A DNA stretch of 62,330 nt, the filler included, from Sphacelaria rigidula (taxonomy: Eukaryota): assembly GCA_964200075.2 (NCBI GenBank). It is 8 parts of 8 records of this genome, joined end to end, with 100 filler letters (N's around TTAATTAATTAA, not from the genome) between each part and the next. Parts side by side here need not be neighbours in the genome. Positions count along the whole stretch, not along the records: positions 1 to 7,704 come from CAXNAA020013735.1; positions 7,805 to 15,508 come from CAXNAA020013736.1; 6 more parts are not named here. One strand, written 5' to 3'. The notes beneath the pieces were generated by a model that saw nothing but the letters and a program-made list of their open reading frames with translations, was not told where the DNA came from and did not search any database. Positions 1-13,100 of this stretch are shown here, one piece after another. Position 1 is the first letter of the stretch. Each line of letters starts with the position of its first letter. A program made the translations under genes and the position numbers.

Positions 1-973
1 CAATCAGGCCGAAGAAATCGTTAATTTGGTGATTTTGAGTCGTGATGATTTGTCCTAACCGTGAATTCTTGCGTTTCTGCCCCTCAGAGGCACTCTCAGC
101 AGCGGATATGTCCCACCAGCAGAGGGGAAAGCGTTTGATCGGAGCTTCAAAGTTGGGGTGGTGAAATCGGGCGCCGTCTGCTGGGGTGGAACACACTTTT
201 TTTATGTGGTTCGAAAAAAGCAGCAGTTCTGCGCGCTGCGCGCCAGCGCGGCGGAACCAAAAAAAAACTGTTCGGAAAAAGACTTCTGCACACCCGAGTT
301 AGACCGCTTTTTGTCCAAATTTTGCTTATATTCTCGGTCAGAGGGAGTATTTATTTTTGCCCAACTCGTGCGTCAGTGCAGCATGACACAGGGAGACGAG
401 TCCTTGGTCTAATCTGATGACGTACATTTGATAATCGGGGCGCAAATTTTGACACATCGAGTGTACAATTGGTTGTCTTCTTCAGCCAACGAAAATTGAA
501 GGGAAAATACGAAACTTGGATTCGGTCTTTTTCAACTGAAGTCCAGTCGGAACATATTCTGTTTCCAGTTGGGGAAAAAAAAACCGTCAGTGCGACACGG
601 TTCTACCTTAGATGTGCCGTTATCAACTCTTCCCATCAATTTTCGGTGTTTCAGGCAACAAGTTGCCTTCATCGTGCAATGACTGCACTCCAAGACTGAA
701 TTGAAGATTTTCTATATGGGACACGCTCTGTTATTTGCTAACATTGGTGGCCAAAATGCGGTTACTCTCAACCCAACCACGCGCGGAAAGAGCTGCTAAG
801 GCAACCATAGTCGATATCTTCCAAGCATTTATTACACGCAGAACGGTGCACTACTATACCGTATTGTACAGGCGGCGTTTTATCCAGTTCAGGGAGTGCA
901 TATTTATCTTTACTCTTCAAGCCCATAGGCAGAAAGAAGTACAAAAAATATCGAGAAAAGTTGTTCATTCGGC

Positions 974-1045
974 GGACCCGTGGCGCAATGGTAACGCGTC
1001 AGATTCCAGTCCTGAAGATTAGGAGTTCGATTCTCCTCGGGTTCA
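974..1045 (+). tRNA. tRNA-Trp (anticodon CCA), intronless
   Basis: Cloverleaf: acceptor GGACCCG/CGGGTTC plus discriminator A; D-arm GCGC-AATGGTA-ACGC; anticodon arm TCAGA-TTCCAGT-CCTGA; T-arm AGGAG-TTCGATT-CTCCT. A T6 Pol III terminator follows. Two non-canonical pairs (C13-A22, A31-C39). Confidence 0.8.
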
Positions 1046-1211
1046 CTTTTTTGCGAGGAATCTAGGATGGAAATGGTTGAGAGGGGGGTCTCGCCTTGTA
1101 CCTGACAAGGAATGAAGTGGGGAATCGCGGTTGACACAGTGTTATCTGGTTGTGATTGTATACATGCCCTCGTACGAGCTGGGCCAGCCTAGAGGCGAAT
1201 TTAAAGTTTGC

Positions 1212-1482
1212 AGGCCCATGCTGTCGCCTGTACTTGGAGTTGGACCCTGAAATTTGGTATGGACAATGAATAGGGCATGAAAAAAAATATTACATCTGCA
1301 CCAGAAGTTTTTTTTTCATGAGTTGAAGGCATTTTACTGAAACCTGAAAACTGATTATTGCCCATAACTCATGAAGAAAAAAAAAGCTTGTGGTGCCAAT
1401 GTAATTTTTTTCTTCACGCCCTATTCATTGTCCATTCCAAATTTCAGGGTCCAACTCTAAATGTTGGCGGGAGCATGGGCCT
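1212..1482. mobile_element. Fold-back inverted repeat (MITE-like), arms of about 120 bp
   Basis: aggcccatgct...gttggaccctgaaatttgg...caatgaatagggc is mirrored by gccctattcattg...ccaaatttcagggtccaac...agcatgggcct around a spacer of about 27 nt. Confidence 0.75.
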
Positions 1483-3560
1483 TTACAAAATCGGGTCGGT
1501 AGAAATTCGGAACAGTATTTCGCAGGCCACTCACCGGCCCGTGTTTGGTTTTCGTGTATTGAAATTTTGTGTGGACGCTCTCCAAGGCATAATTGATAAA
1601 AATGAGGTGAGGCAGGTTGATTTTTTTCAATCTTTTTCACTGGTTTAGGCCGTTCTACTATGGTAAAGACCATTTCTTCACGAGAACGCCCTAACCTCCA
1701 TGAGAAAAAAAAATGAGGGCCCACTTTTTTCTTATTCGGCACTCTTTTATGGTTCTCCACACGATAATTCGTCGCCATCCGCTAAATGCATCGATCGGGA
1801 GTTTCATAGAGATTTTAGCACTGGCGCTATCTCCGCTAGGTATAGGAAATACTAGACATGGGGTTTAACCAACGAGAAAAAAATGGCCCAGGTTGTTGAG
1901 CAGATGGGCATCTTCCCCTTGATCAGACGATTAATACGATATGCGGATCACGGCCTGACTCGTCTGTGTCGATGAGATATTGCTTTTAGAGCTTAAATCC
2001 GTTTTTAGGCTGGCCCAGCTCGTAATGTCCTTGGGTTTCATTGCTTCGTTCGTTTCCTTTTTTCTGTTCTCTGTCTCTTTCTGTCCCCAGTTTTTCCTCT
2101 CTCTATTCATCTCCGCCTATTTCTCTATTCTCAGTGTTTTACAGTGGCAGTTTGGGGCCGATACCCGTAGGGATCATGGGTGAGAGCGCATATGCCCAAA
2201 TACTCGTAGTACAGTCCGAAAAAGCTGAGCCACAATTTGCTTCCATGGTCTTCGTGTTTTTGCTTTGCGTAGGAGTGCCTGTGCTTTTTGCGCACGACCT
2301 TTTCTCACCTGAGGCGCTGTATTTTACACTGTAAAAGTGGCCATGTCTCGTGTAATGACGTAGCACTCTGCTGTTGTGAGATGGGCCTATTGAAAATGCC
2401 GCCTGGACTAGAGTATTATGCGCTTTGAATATAAATAAAAGGGGCCTCACTTTATCATCGACAACTTCTCCATCTTTGCACGTACGATGCCACAGACCGT
2501 ATAGTCTACAGCATGTGCATGCACTAACTACTGCGCGGAGTGCACGAGGCCCAGTACTCGTTGTCGAGACCCGAGATGAGTTCTGACAGTCCAAATAGTC
2601 ATGTGCGAAGCTCCACATGGCGCAAAGCATTGTTGGTCAAACAAAGGATGCTCAGACCAGAAAGCCAAGAATGGCCGACTCTTGAATTCACCCATCGTAA
2701 TGTCCGAATACAAGTAGAGGGAACCGCACTTGCTTTCACGGGCGATTCATTTGACGTGACAGGAGACTGCGGAGTATAAAATATACAACAGAAAGTGTTG
2801 GTGGCGCGCTGCAAGCTCGGAGATGAGGGGTTTTGCCGATCCGTATGATTTTGAGATTCAATAGGCATGCAAAGCAGGCGCCCACGTGATTTTGAGATTC
2901 CCCATCCCTCTCAATTCCTATTTGGCCTCCTCACTCGACCAAGGGCTGCACAGTGGAGTCAGGCGTTGCACCACGGGACTTGAGCTCTGGAGAACGAAGA
3001 TTTTTAATATCGGTTTCGGATTGCCAACTGACGATTATTACAGGACCGCGACCATTGGACGATCGAGTCGACTGACGACTGTTTTTGTATGCTCTTGTCT
3101 TCGTCATCTTCCACTAGCCTTCATTCCCTTGTTCCGAACCTATATACCGTGAAGGGTCTTCCCCGGGGATGAGAAGGGATAGTCTCCGAAGGTTCAACCC
3201 GGTGTTGCCATCACGTGGGTCGCACAAGGACAACATGGTGGGTGGGGTGCACCCAGATCACACCTGCTACGCTAGCTTCGAAACTCGGACATCTTCTCGA
3301 ATAGATCGAAACAATGATTCCCACGTCAGTCGCAGAGACAACACAAATTACATTGCGGTGTCACGGAAAGTTCAGCGATAGTGCCTAACGATACATTCCC
3401 ACCATGTACAGTTCAGTAGCCCTCACGTAATCGTAGACCTGTCTGGACTAAACATAGCGTTTTGGTCAAACCTCGTGAAGCTGTGGATGAACCACTGCAG
3501 TCACGAGAGTCGTGCCTGCGGATCAACACAGGAGTGGAGTAAACAACGGCCTGTACATAC

Positions 3561-3869
3561 CTTCAGCACGAGGTTCATGCTATCTTCCGCTTCATCGAGG
3601 ACACCCCTGCAAACTTCTCCGTTCTTGAGCTCTACCGTGATGACGCCTCCTTCTGCGTCGTGCAAAAGGATGATGGGCATCCCAATCCCGGCATTGCCCG
3701 TCACCGACACTGTGAGGGATGGTGCCAACGGAGAAGATCGGGGGCAAGGGGAGAGTGACAAGGTACAGCTGAGACGCAGTCTTTAATATGAAAGCGTTGT
3801 TTCGCGGTGGCGTTTAAATATTCGGAAAGTGGAGGACGCACATGGAAGTACGCGCTCTCCCGCTGTCAT
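3561..3869 (-). CDS. SNRPD3: Small nuclear ribonucleoprotein SmD3, first two exons (3869-3842 and 3709-3561); later exons not found
   Basis: Spliced frame reads [59 protein letters not shown], the Sm1 motif typical of SmD3. Donors GTGCGT (3841) and GTATGT (3560), acceptor CAG (3710-3712); phases are compatible. The short first exon is less certain. Confidence 0.85.
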
Positions 3870-6024
3870 CCTGAACGTACGCTTCACCACTACAGTAATA
3901 ACGACTGCAGTTGCTAGAAGCACTGGAGTAAGCTGTGTCTACGGCACGAGAACGTGGCCTCCTCGCTCACCACCTGCAACAAGTACAACTATAACAGATC
4001 TGTCGTGAAAGTGACTAACGTACATCATAAGTCTACAACGTAGAGTACATAATTCTACGTACGTCCTCCATACTCCAAACTCGTCCAACCTACAGGCCTT
4101 TGTCCTCTATGCGTTCTCTTTTTTTTAACGTGTCTTGTTCAAATGGGGGTCATCTCGAAGCGGAAGCCCCCCGAGGCGTTACAAATACTTGATTTTAGTG
4201 CGCAAGACAGAAAAACAAGAACGCATAGTTCATGCGAATTATGCGAAAGCATGAAGGGCAAAGGTTCACCAATCTATTATAAAACATGTAAAGAGTTTTC
4301 CCGTCCGCAACCCTGGCGCTCACAAGGGGGGTGTCAGGGTACAAAAAGTGGGTAAGTGTCTATGCGGAGTGGGAGTTGGATAGCCAATTGCTGGAGTGGT
4401 CAGTCGGGTTACCCTCCAGGGAGTCAACAGTAAGGGCGGTTTTGATGGAAAGTGCACGATGTGCGTATCGTACGTACTTGAGCTTTGCGCCTATTTCACT
4501 GTCTTGTCTCGGGCATTCTACTGTTTCCACGAATAACATAATCCAAAACCCTTGAGTCAAAACAAACGGGGCCTACTTGCAGGTGTACAACAGCATAATC
4601 ATTGTAATGGTGATAATGGTAATGGTTGTATGAACATTTTGGATAATGATTTCAAACCATTATTTACCGTTACCGGCTTCATAAGCTGTTACCAGCTACG
4701 TATGCTACATGCAGCACACAGCTACAACAGACAGTACACAACATGCAGCAACAGTCCTGAGTTCGTACTTCAATTATATTTTTTTTCGACAAAAATTTAA
4801 ATGGGCAACTTTTTTCAAAATCGAAATTCCAAGCCAACTGCAGTTTTGCCCTTGAAAATTGGCCCAAATCAACGTATTTATTTAGCTCTGGTGAAGCCAA
4901 ATCGCGTAACAACGTGTGATTGCGCTACGCGTAACCATTAACCAGCTCAATGCTTAGCTAAACCATTTCAGAGCTCTAATTTGTACACTTTCATGCCGGT
5001 TGCATGCGCAGCTCCCGCATGCCTCGGGGACACGTTCCAATTCCCGCGTTACTTGGGAGTTGAGAAATTCCTACCGCACGGTGTTTGCTACCCCACTACT
5101 TCACAAACCGTGGAGTCTGAAACAAGTGTCACGTACGAAATCGCGGTGTGCTCTCACAGGATCAACACCTTTCACGGTTGCCAAATAACAAGCCCATACT
5201 GCAACGGTTGTACTACTGTGCAGTACAGACAGTGCTCGTCTGTCGACTACGCTGTTACATGGTCTTCAGTATTGTTGGTGCTGGACTAATGTACAGTACC
5301 TGTGACCTGCCTGTGGAGATACAAGGGGGGTGGAATACAAAGAGAAAGTGAAACATGGCCGCAAAAATCTTGGTTGAGTCGCTAAATTGAAATCATCGGC
5401 CTTCTGTCCCGACAACCACGCAATTGGAGCCTGCAAAAGCTAGAGACAGCAGTAGAATCTGCTTTAGCAACGAGAGCGGTGGTGAGTGCAGGACAACGCT
5501 CTGTCGCCGTGCTCGAGGCCCAGGATCACCAACAAAGCATCAATAGCAGGTGATATATTGCCCCGCCTTTCCAATATATCACACCGACACCTCACACTCC
5601 CCGTTTGTATAAACCGATTATATAGTCTTCACTCACTTGTAGCACAGGATCAGTACCCAGACGAACAATGCAGTTTCAAGCCCAAGCACAGCGTCCAAGC
5701 AAAGCCCGCCTTCTTCTGTGGCCTCTGGCCTGCCAACACGGTCATCATACATTAAGATAATAACTATATTTGTGCGGTACTTTATCCCCACCACAGATCT
5801 AGGGAAGTCGTTGAACACAAGACGTTGCAAACCTCACGTGCGGAAGACTCTCAATTGCAGTCAGTTCTTGATCGTGACGGGATCGAAGACACTATCCCTG
5901 ATAAAATCCTCCCTTGAAAGCGCTCGTCTGGATTCATTGCGGTTAGGAGAGCGTCTCGGTTCACAAGAACAAGCCCCTTAGTCACAGAGCAGCACGAACA
6001 ACAGCCGAGGTCGTGCACCGAAAG

Positions 6025-6293
6025 ATGTGGCAACCTAAGGACCAAGCGGAGATGGAGGTCGACGCCGATGGCGAGCCTTTAGAGGAGTACGACGAGGGCA
6101 AGGATTTAAGGAAGAAGCTCGATGCAGTCACGGAGGCGCTGGAACAAACGGGAGACAAGGAAGCAGCTATCGTGGGTTACCGCGCCGTCCTTGACTACGA
6201 GGTGACTGATGCTGCGGGTCCGACGGATTCTGTGGGAAAAGTCAAGGAGGAAGCTATATACGGGCTTGCCAAGACCTATGCGGACTCTAAGAG
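6025..6293 (+). CDS. RPN6: 26S proteasome lid subunit RPN6/PSMD11-like, first exon
   Basis: KEAAIVGYRAVLDYEV...VGKVKEEAIYGLAKTYADSK resembles the RPN6 N-terminal helices (KE-x-xI-x-x-L). Ends at AG|GTGAAC donor. Start may be 6025 or 6052. Confidence 0.7.
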
Positions 6294-7704
6294 GTGAACC
6301 GTTTGCTGATGCCGGGATTTTGTGATTGTAGGCATGGTCTCTCACGTGAGGCATTGCTGCGCATGGCATGTTCTCTAGTAGGACATTTCCTCGCGACGTT
6401 GGGACTAGGAGAGGGGTACGATAGGTGACGGAGTATAGCACCCCCTTACCCCACAATGACAATTTTTGAGTTGTCATGGCGAAAATCTCCACTATCCATC
6501 CCCAAAAGGTCCCATTTGCGGGAAAGCCTCAAAGTTTCTCTTCAATAACAACGGTAACGACCAGAAAAATTTCGGCTTTTTGGTCAAGATGAAAGATGGC
6601 AAACAGTCAGGGTGCATTCCTGTTTCAGCCAGGTATGTGTTTTTCACGGGGAACAATCGAGAGATACATTTTTGTTGTTGTTGTTGTCGTCGTCGTCGTC
6701 GTCGTGACAATAAACACCGTTCCGATATCTGCGCGGTACATTCGTACTGGGCATATGATGCGGACGCCTTCCGTGGTCACAGGCTAGCTACATATTGTAA
6801 GGTATGAGGAAATTAAACAAAACCATAAAAACAAAGTAGACGTTGATTGAAACTCACAAAACGCGATACATTCCGGATGGAAACAGGGGGTCGAATCTTG
6901 TACTACATCCTGCAAAATTCGACTTGATGGTCGACGAGGGAAAGGGACTGTTGAATCCCTCTTGCCATAAAAAAGAAAGGCACAGGTCCCACAGAAAGGG
7001 GCAAGAATTTGGACTGGCAATATTTTTTCACCGCTCAGAGCCTCCCAATATACCAAAATGCGGCGACCTTTCTTCAATCAAATGAGAGAATCGAGTGGGA
7101 ATTGAGTGGTCAAATAGCTGTGATTGGCCCACACATTGCGCCGCTGGCAGTCCGACAGCTGCTACCATCAATCGCTTGGGATACAGCAGCTCCGTGCTGA
7201 CTCAATTTGTTTGCCCCAACCTGCACGCGTTCGCCTTGCCTGTCTTCTCCGGTCGCAGTACCCGACTACGACTGAAGTACCAAAGAAGACGCATCAGAAA
7301 GCTGCACAGTCGTCACGTAATCGTTTCAACTTTGTGTACAGCACTTTGATCCCACCCCAATTATGTGCAGACCGAAACATGGCATGCAGCAGTACAACTG
7401 TTCAGGCACTCTCCAGCGCACATCACACCATGCTCGTCGTAGAGTGTTTGGATGCACAACAGCACAGCGACAACTACAGCATAGAAATGATGGGTATGAG
7501 AATCGCCTCATTCGTTTGACGGAGGACGAAACAGCCAACACACAACAGTGTGTAGACAGCACTGCGTGCCGACAAGCGTAATTTTCCTCATTTTCTGTAC
7601 AGACGAAGGCAGTGGCTGTAAGGCAACTGACGCAATCCCAGCGGAGACCAAACCGTCTTCGCGAAGGTCCGAACACACCACAGCGCAGTGACAGCTACAG
7701 CACA

Positions 7705-7804
7705 NNNNNNNNNNNNNNNNNNNNNNNNNNNNNNNNNNNNNNNNNNNNTTAATTAATTAANNNNNNNNNNNNNNNNNNNNNNNNNNNNNNNNNNNNNNNN
7801 NNNN
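7705..7804. other. Artificial contig linker (44 N + TTAATTAATTAA + 44 N)
   Basis: The same 100-bp structure recurs at 15509-15608, 23313-23412, 31117-31216, 38921-39020, 46725-46824 and 54528-54627. TTAATTAATTAA gives stops in all six frames. Confidence 0.98.
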
Positions 7805-8990
7805 GCGGGCCCCGTGCCGGAGGGGGCGCGGCGTCCACGGAAAAACCCCAAAACCAACAAAAAAAAAAGCCCCCCCCCCCCCCCCCCCCCCCGAAACAAT
7901 CAGGGAAAATGATGGTTTTGGTCAGCGCTGTAAGCTCACAGAGTCGGTAACATGCGCTGAAGAAGTATCTACGCGATCGAGGGGCATTAGGCCGACAAAA
8001 AAGTCATCGGGCATGATCGCTGAAAGTATGGGGAAAGCACTGCTTTGGACTTGAACCTCATTTCGTCGTACAACCTCATTTTATAGCAGTCTGTTCTTTG
8101 ACCGCGAGCATAGTTCATCTATTGAATCAGCATCAACCTCAATTGAAGAATAAATGCATGACCAGATGACCTACCCTCGCCGTCAAAGGGTTAAACATAG
8201 TTTGAATATGAAAAAGAAGAAACCATCCAGCAGAAAAATCAAGAGCAGCAAGGAGCATTGAATGAGGCACTGGGGTGTTGAGGCAAGAGTCAATCGGCAC
8301 GGCATAAATACAGTAAATCAGGGACTCTTTTATACGCCGTTGCCTCGGCAACGATGAAAGACTAACGCGCAACGTGGACAGCAGTGGACGGCTGTAGCAG
8401 GCAACGGTATAGAGCTATGGACAACGACGGGAGAACCAACCACAGCAACGATACACGCAATGTGTCTGGTGTACACTCAACAACGTTTTCGTGAGGTTGA
8501 GAGTAGAGAGCTGATTGAGAGTGTCTTTGATTATTAGCCAAAATCTACGATTTCTGGAAATCTGCGATCTCTGAGACCTGATCGTACGAAGGAGAGAAAA
8601 ACGTTGACCGTGGTCTAGAAAAGTCGGAAAGATTCGCCAATTTGAAGCTATTCTTCAGACGCCTGGGCTACGCGTACCAGGGGTGCAACGCTGAAAACAA
8701 AGCCCAATATTTGCTTCATGCGGTACGAATCAATTTCACTAAAGGCAACTTATTTTTCAAAGAAATCATTGTTCGTGCAACCTTTGCTATTTTTCCACGA
8801 CGCCGAAAAAGGGGGGTTCGAATCCTACTTTTTCAAAAACTTGGGACTGGACTATCATAGCCGCAACTACACCTATATGCTAAAAACAAGGGGGGGAGGG
8901 GCGCTGAGACATGTGTCACCCCTTGGAGACTTGAAAACAAAACTCTGTAAAGACCGCGCCGCAGACAAGGCGTGCGTAAATCGCTGAAAT

Positions 8991-10112
8991 TCACAAGCCA
9001 GCAAACGGATCTTCCTGGGGCCATTGCTGCTGCCCCCCCGGACCCCGACTATTTTGATCACCCCCCCCATGAGAACCTACCCGAACATTATCTACACCAA
9101 CACCACCGCCATCTCCAGCATAATTCCAGTTACCACCAAAGTTCGATGGGCCATTTCGCCCTCCACCCTGAGGTTGCTGCCACTGGGCAGTCGGGGGGGC
9201 GGGGGTATACCCTTGCTGGTCGGCCGTAGGCTGGGAAGGTGAATAGTTGTAAAGCCCTTGTTGTGGTTGCTGCTGCTGCTGCTGCTGCTGCTGCGGCTGT
9301 TGTTGTTGCCAATGTTGCGATTGCTGTGTGCCGTAGCCTTGTTGATACAGTGGTTGTTGCTGAACATTCCCCTGACGATGAAACACCTGCACTTGTCGGC
9401 GGGCGATCGTCCAGTCAAAAGCCAGGGAAAAAAAAGTACGCAAATTTCAATAAGACAGCCAAGTCCTGGGCTCTCGGTAGTATATCGTGTATTGCAGACT
9501 GAGCTCAAAAATGGTGTTGGTACAAAACGTCCAAGGGTGGGACGAATTCGTCTGAAACTTAGTTGTGTTCAGTGGAATTGATTCGTACCGTACGAATCAG
9601 TCCTTGATTTTTTGTGTCAGCGTTGCACTTCAGATACGCGCACCCCAGGCACGTGCGATAGCGCAAAATATTGCCTACAGACATTCTTAACCCGCGGCCA
9701 ACGTTTTCCCCCTCTTTCGAGCAATCAAGCTTCAGAAATCGTAGATTTGGCGATTCGAGACAACGACGAGTTGTCTCACCCTTCAAAACGTGAAACTCAT
9801 GCTGAATCAAGTCCCAGAACAACGGTGACAAGCCGGAGCATGCCCGCCGAGACTTTCTGTAACAACAGACCTTGCAGTAAATAACGGAAGTGAATGTACG
9901 AGGCCTGAAGGGTGACTCACTACCGCATTTTCACGATGCCTCTTGCTTCACCCAAATGCCGCGTGTCGTGCGTGCAAGACAACGCAGGACAGTGCACGAC
10001 TGCCACGTACAAAATACAGGGATAAATCAGGGGATCATTTCGTTACGGATGCGAACCTGTGGTTGCGTTTGCTGTTGCTGAGGGAAAATTGTTCCTGGGG
10101 CAACTTGATGCC

Positions 10113-10148
<36 letters not shown>

Positions 10149-13100
10149 GTGGCGGTGGTTGCGCAAAAAATTGCTGTGGCTGGGTCGGAGGGAAAGCCGG
10201 CGATGACGATGATGACGGCAATGAGTTGATCGCTTGCAGCGGCACCTGCGAGGGCGCCGGTTCAAAACTCTGTTGACCGTAGCTTTGGGCTGTCGGTGCT
10301 GCTGCTGCTGTTGCTGCTGCATCGCCGTTCGCAGACGTAGTGGGCCAACAGTCAGGTACGGTTGAAGGAGACTGGTCCACCCCATTGCGTGTTCCAATAC
10401 CCTACAAGCAATGCAAAGCACACAACACGAAGTAGCACTGTGAAACGAATATCACCGACCGGGGGGGGCTGCCCATCTCAAACTATCGCAACAGAAAAGG
10501 AGCGGTGAATGTGATACTATAGAAGCAATAAGAAAAGCGGATATAAAGCTAGTGCCTGATCCTGCACTTCTGTGGCACGAACAAAGTGCAGAAGCCGTGC
10601 AACACCGCCGATGAAACTACGGTGTCGCGTGCGAAACAGTCAAGAGGTTGAGCTGCAGCAACAGGTCGGGCACTCCCTTCCGATAGTGTCACGAAAACAC
10701 TACCGAACGACAACAGCTGGGCGCCGTCGCCGCCCCAGAGCTGGAAGGAGACCTGACTGAGGAACAGCATGCAGAATCACAGATTACTGTTCATCTACAC
10801 TCACACATCACTGCTGATTACAACGATTCTGTTCAAACCATCTTCAGTCCTTGTTTACAGAGCCGACTGGTCACTTCAAAAGTGAAGTTACATCTTCTGG
10901 TGTCGGTTGCTTAGCGGAGCATTCTCGCGCCGTGTGGGCTGCCAAGGCGGGAGAGGAGGTGCAAAACCCATGCGGTGCTAAACGTGAGCACCTGCACAGT
11001 GCTGCGCTGACCATATCGGTCAGCGGGTACTGGTGGCACAGGAGAGGTCGACAGTGAAGACGGTGCCGATGGCAACGTTCTCGGAGACGGGGGTGCTTTC
11101 CGCGCGTCCTGCCGTCGCCGCCGAGAGCAACAGCAAATATATCCACTTTCAGAAAATATGATTCCTGCGTTGCTACGTGCCCCGATAGATTAGAGACCTC
11201 CATCACTATTTGGGGCAGCAAATATCTCAACATCATTGAAGTACAAATATAGGATGGCTGCGTATGCATTCCAGTCAGTGCTGCCTGGCGCGGCCAAGGG
11301 TTCATGACAGGCTTTACCAGTTCTCAGTAGATTTTTGGGACGTGAATTTCGTCCCGAGAATATTTCGGTTAATATCCTGACGTCTCGCCATCATGTTCAC
11401 GCTCACCTCCGTCGGTGGAGACAGCTTATTGAACCTTCCCACAAGGCTGGCCACAGATCCCACCCCACTCTCTGCCCCCCGTTCCCCTGCGCGCGGGGTA
11501 GACCCATCCCCACCCCCCGCTGCAGCGCCCTCCTCCTTAGTCCTGGAAACCTCATTTGTGACGTCCGAAACGGGGGGGGTCGAGGCGGTGTTCGTAGGTG
11601 TCGCAAGCGGGGGAGCGCCAGCAGCGTTGGATGCTTTGCCAAACAATTGGCTGGGTTTTACTGGTATAGAGGGAGGCGAAACAACTGCTGCTGCCGGTGC
11701 GGGGTAATTGCCCGATGCCGATGCGGAGTAATTTGTGGTCCGAGCATTTTTGCCAAACAGCTGGCTGGGTTTCACCGCGTCCAGCGCAGTTGATGACGAT
11801 GACGATGATGATGAAGCAGCGACAGGTTTCGTCGGGCCATTGTTGTTGCTGCGCATCTGGCTAGGTTTCAAGAGCGAAGGCGTTTCTATCGAGTCGGACG
11901 TACGTGACGCTGATGAGATCGGCGCGGTAGCCGCCGGCGAAGATGATGGCTTTGGCGCGGGTGCATGCGTTGTAAGCGACTCATGCTGCTGCTGCTGCTG
12001 ATGCTGCTGCGGCGGCGGCGGTGCTGCGGGAGAATAGCCCCATCCTCCTGCGCTGGGCTGTATCGCTGGTACAGACCATTCTTGCTGTTGCTGCTGCTGT
12101 GATAATGACAGTGACGACGGTGGGTATTGTAACTGTTGTTGCTGCTGTGCCGGTGCTGGTGGCGGTTGTTGTTGTTGCTGTTGCTGCTGCTGTTGCTGCT
12201 GTTCAAACGTTCCTTGCTGCTGTTGCTGCTGCCGTTCTTCCTGAAGCGGCACCTGGACCTGACCAACCGATGCCCCAGATTTTATCCACGACCCGTCTTT
12301 CTTCCACGCCGTTCCACCACCTCCTACCCCTCCAACTTGCCGAGGTTGCTGCTGCTGCTGCTGCTGCTGCTGTACGCTAGGGTAAGGGGGGTTTGTGTTC
12401 GCATGCGGGGTCGGATGCGGGTCTGATGTCGCCCGCTGCATGGGAAATCCATCAGCGTTTGGTGAAGGGTCAGGGCGGCGGGGTGGCAGGGGCGGTGCAA
12501 GCACTGCCTGCTTCATTGGAAACCCGTCCGCGTCTAGAGCACTGTTACCTGCTCACACAAAGCCACGACGAACAATGTGTTTCGGCGTAATGTGGATGAG
12601 GATGGTTGATTCAGTTGTCATGTACTGCTGCATTCCGTGAGCAAAACCGAAAGAAAGTGTCGCATTAGCTCACCGGTGAAAACACGGAACACATGGTCGA
12701 CACGAAAAAACTCTCCTTGGGCTGCATACTGTAGGTCATGGAGATATCACGGCGATATACCACCCGCGGCGGAGCGTTACAACACCCAACTTCGATTTTC
12801 TCTCGCAGCCAGATACCGCACTGCCTTAGTAATTCGCTCACCGGATGATCTTCCTATCATACTTTCTTCTCAACGATGCGACTGTCAGCGGTGCCGCTGC
12901 TGTAACTTTTGAGAAATCTGAGATCGGGTTTCTTTCTCATTGCCCTGCATGATGAAATCCGAAAGATACGGTGTGCATTACTTGCAGCGCGGAGGTATGC
13001 AGGCGCATGGGGGCAACCACCTTGACCATGATGCTGCACAAAAATACCCAACTATTCAGACTACCCCTGCTTTATATAACGGCAATTCAAGCTTTCCAGG

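Noticed and set aside
405-460. Hammerhead core CTGATGA (also near 11910, 17781, 38529)
   Set aside because: No correctly placed GAAA with flanking stems.
9092-12640. Plus-strand and alternate-frame poly-Leu/Ala/Ser ORFs
   Set aside because: Shadows of the CAG repeats in the minus-strand gene.
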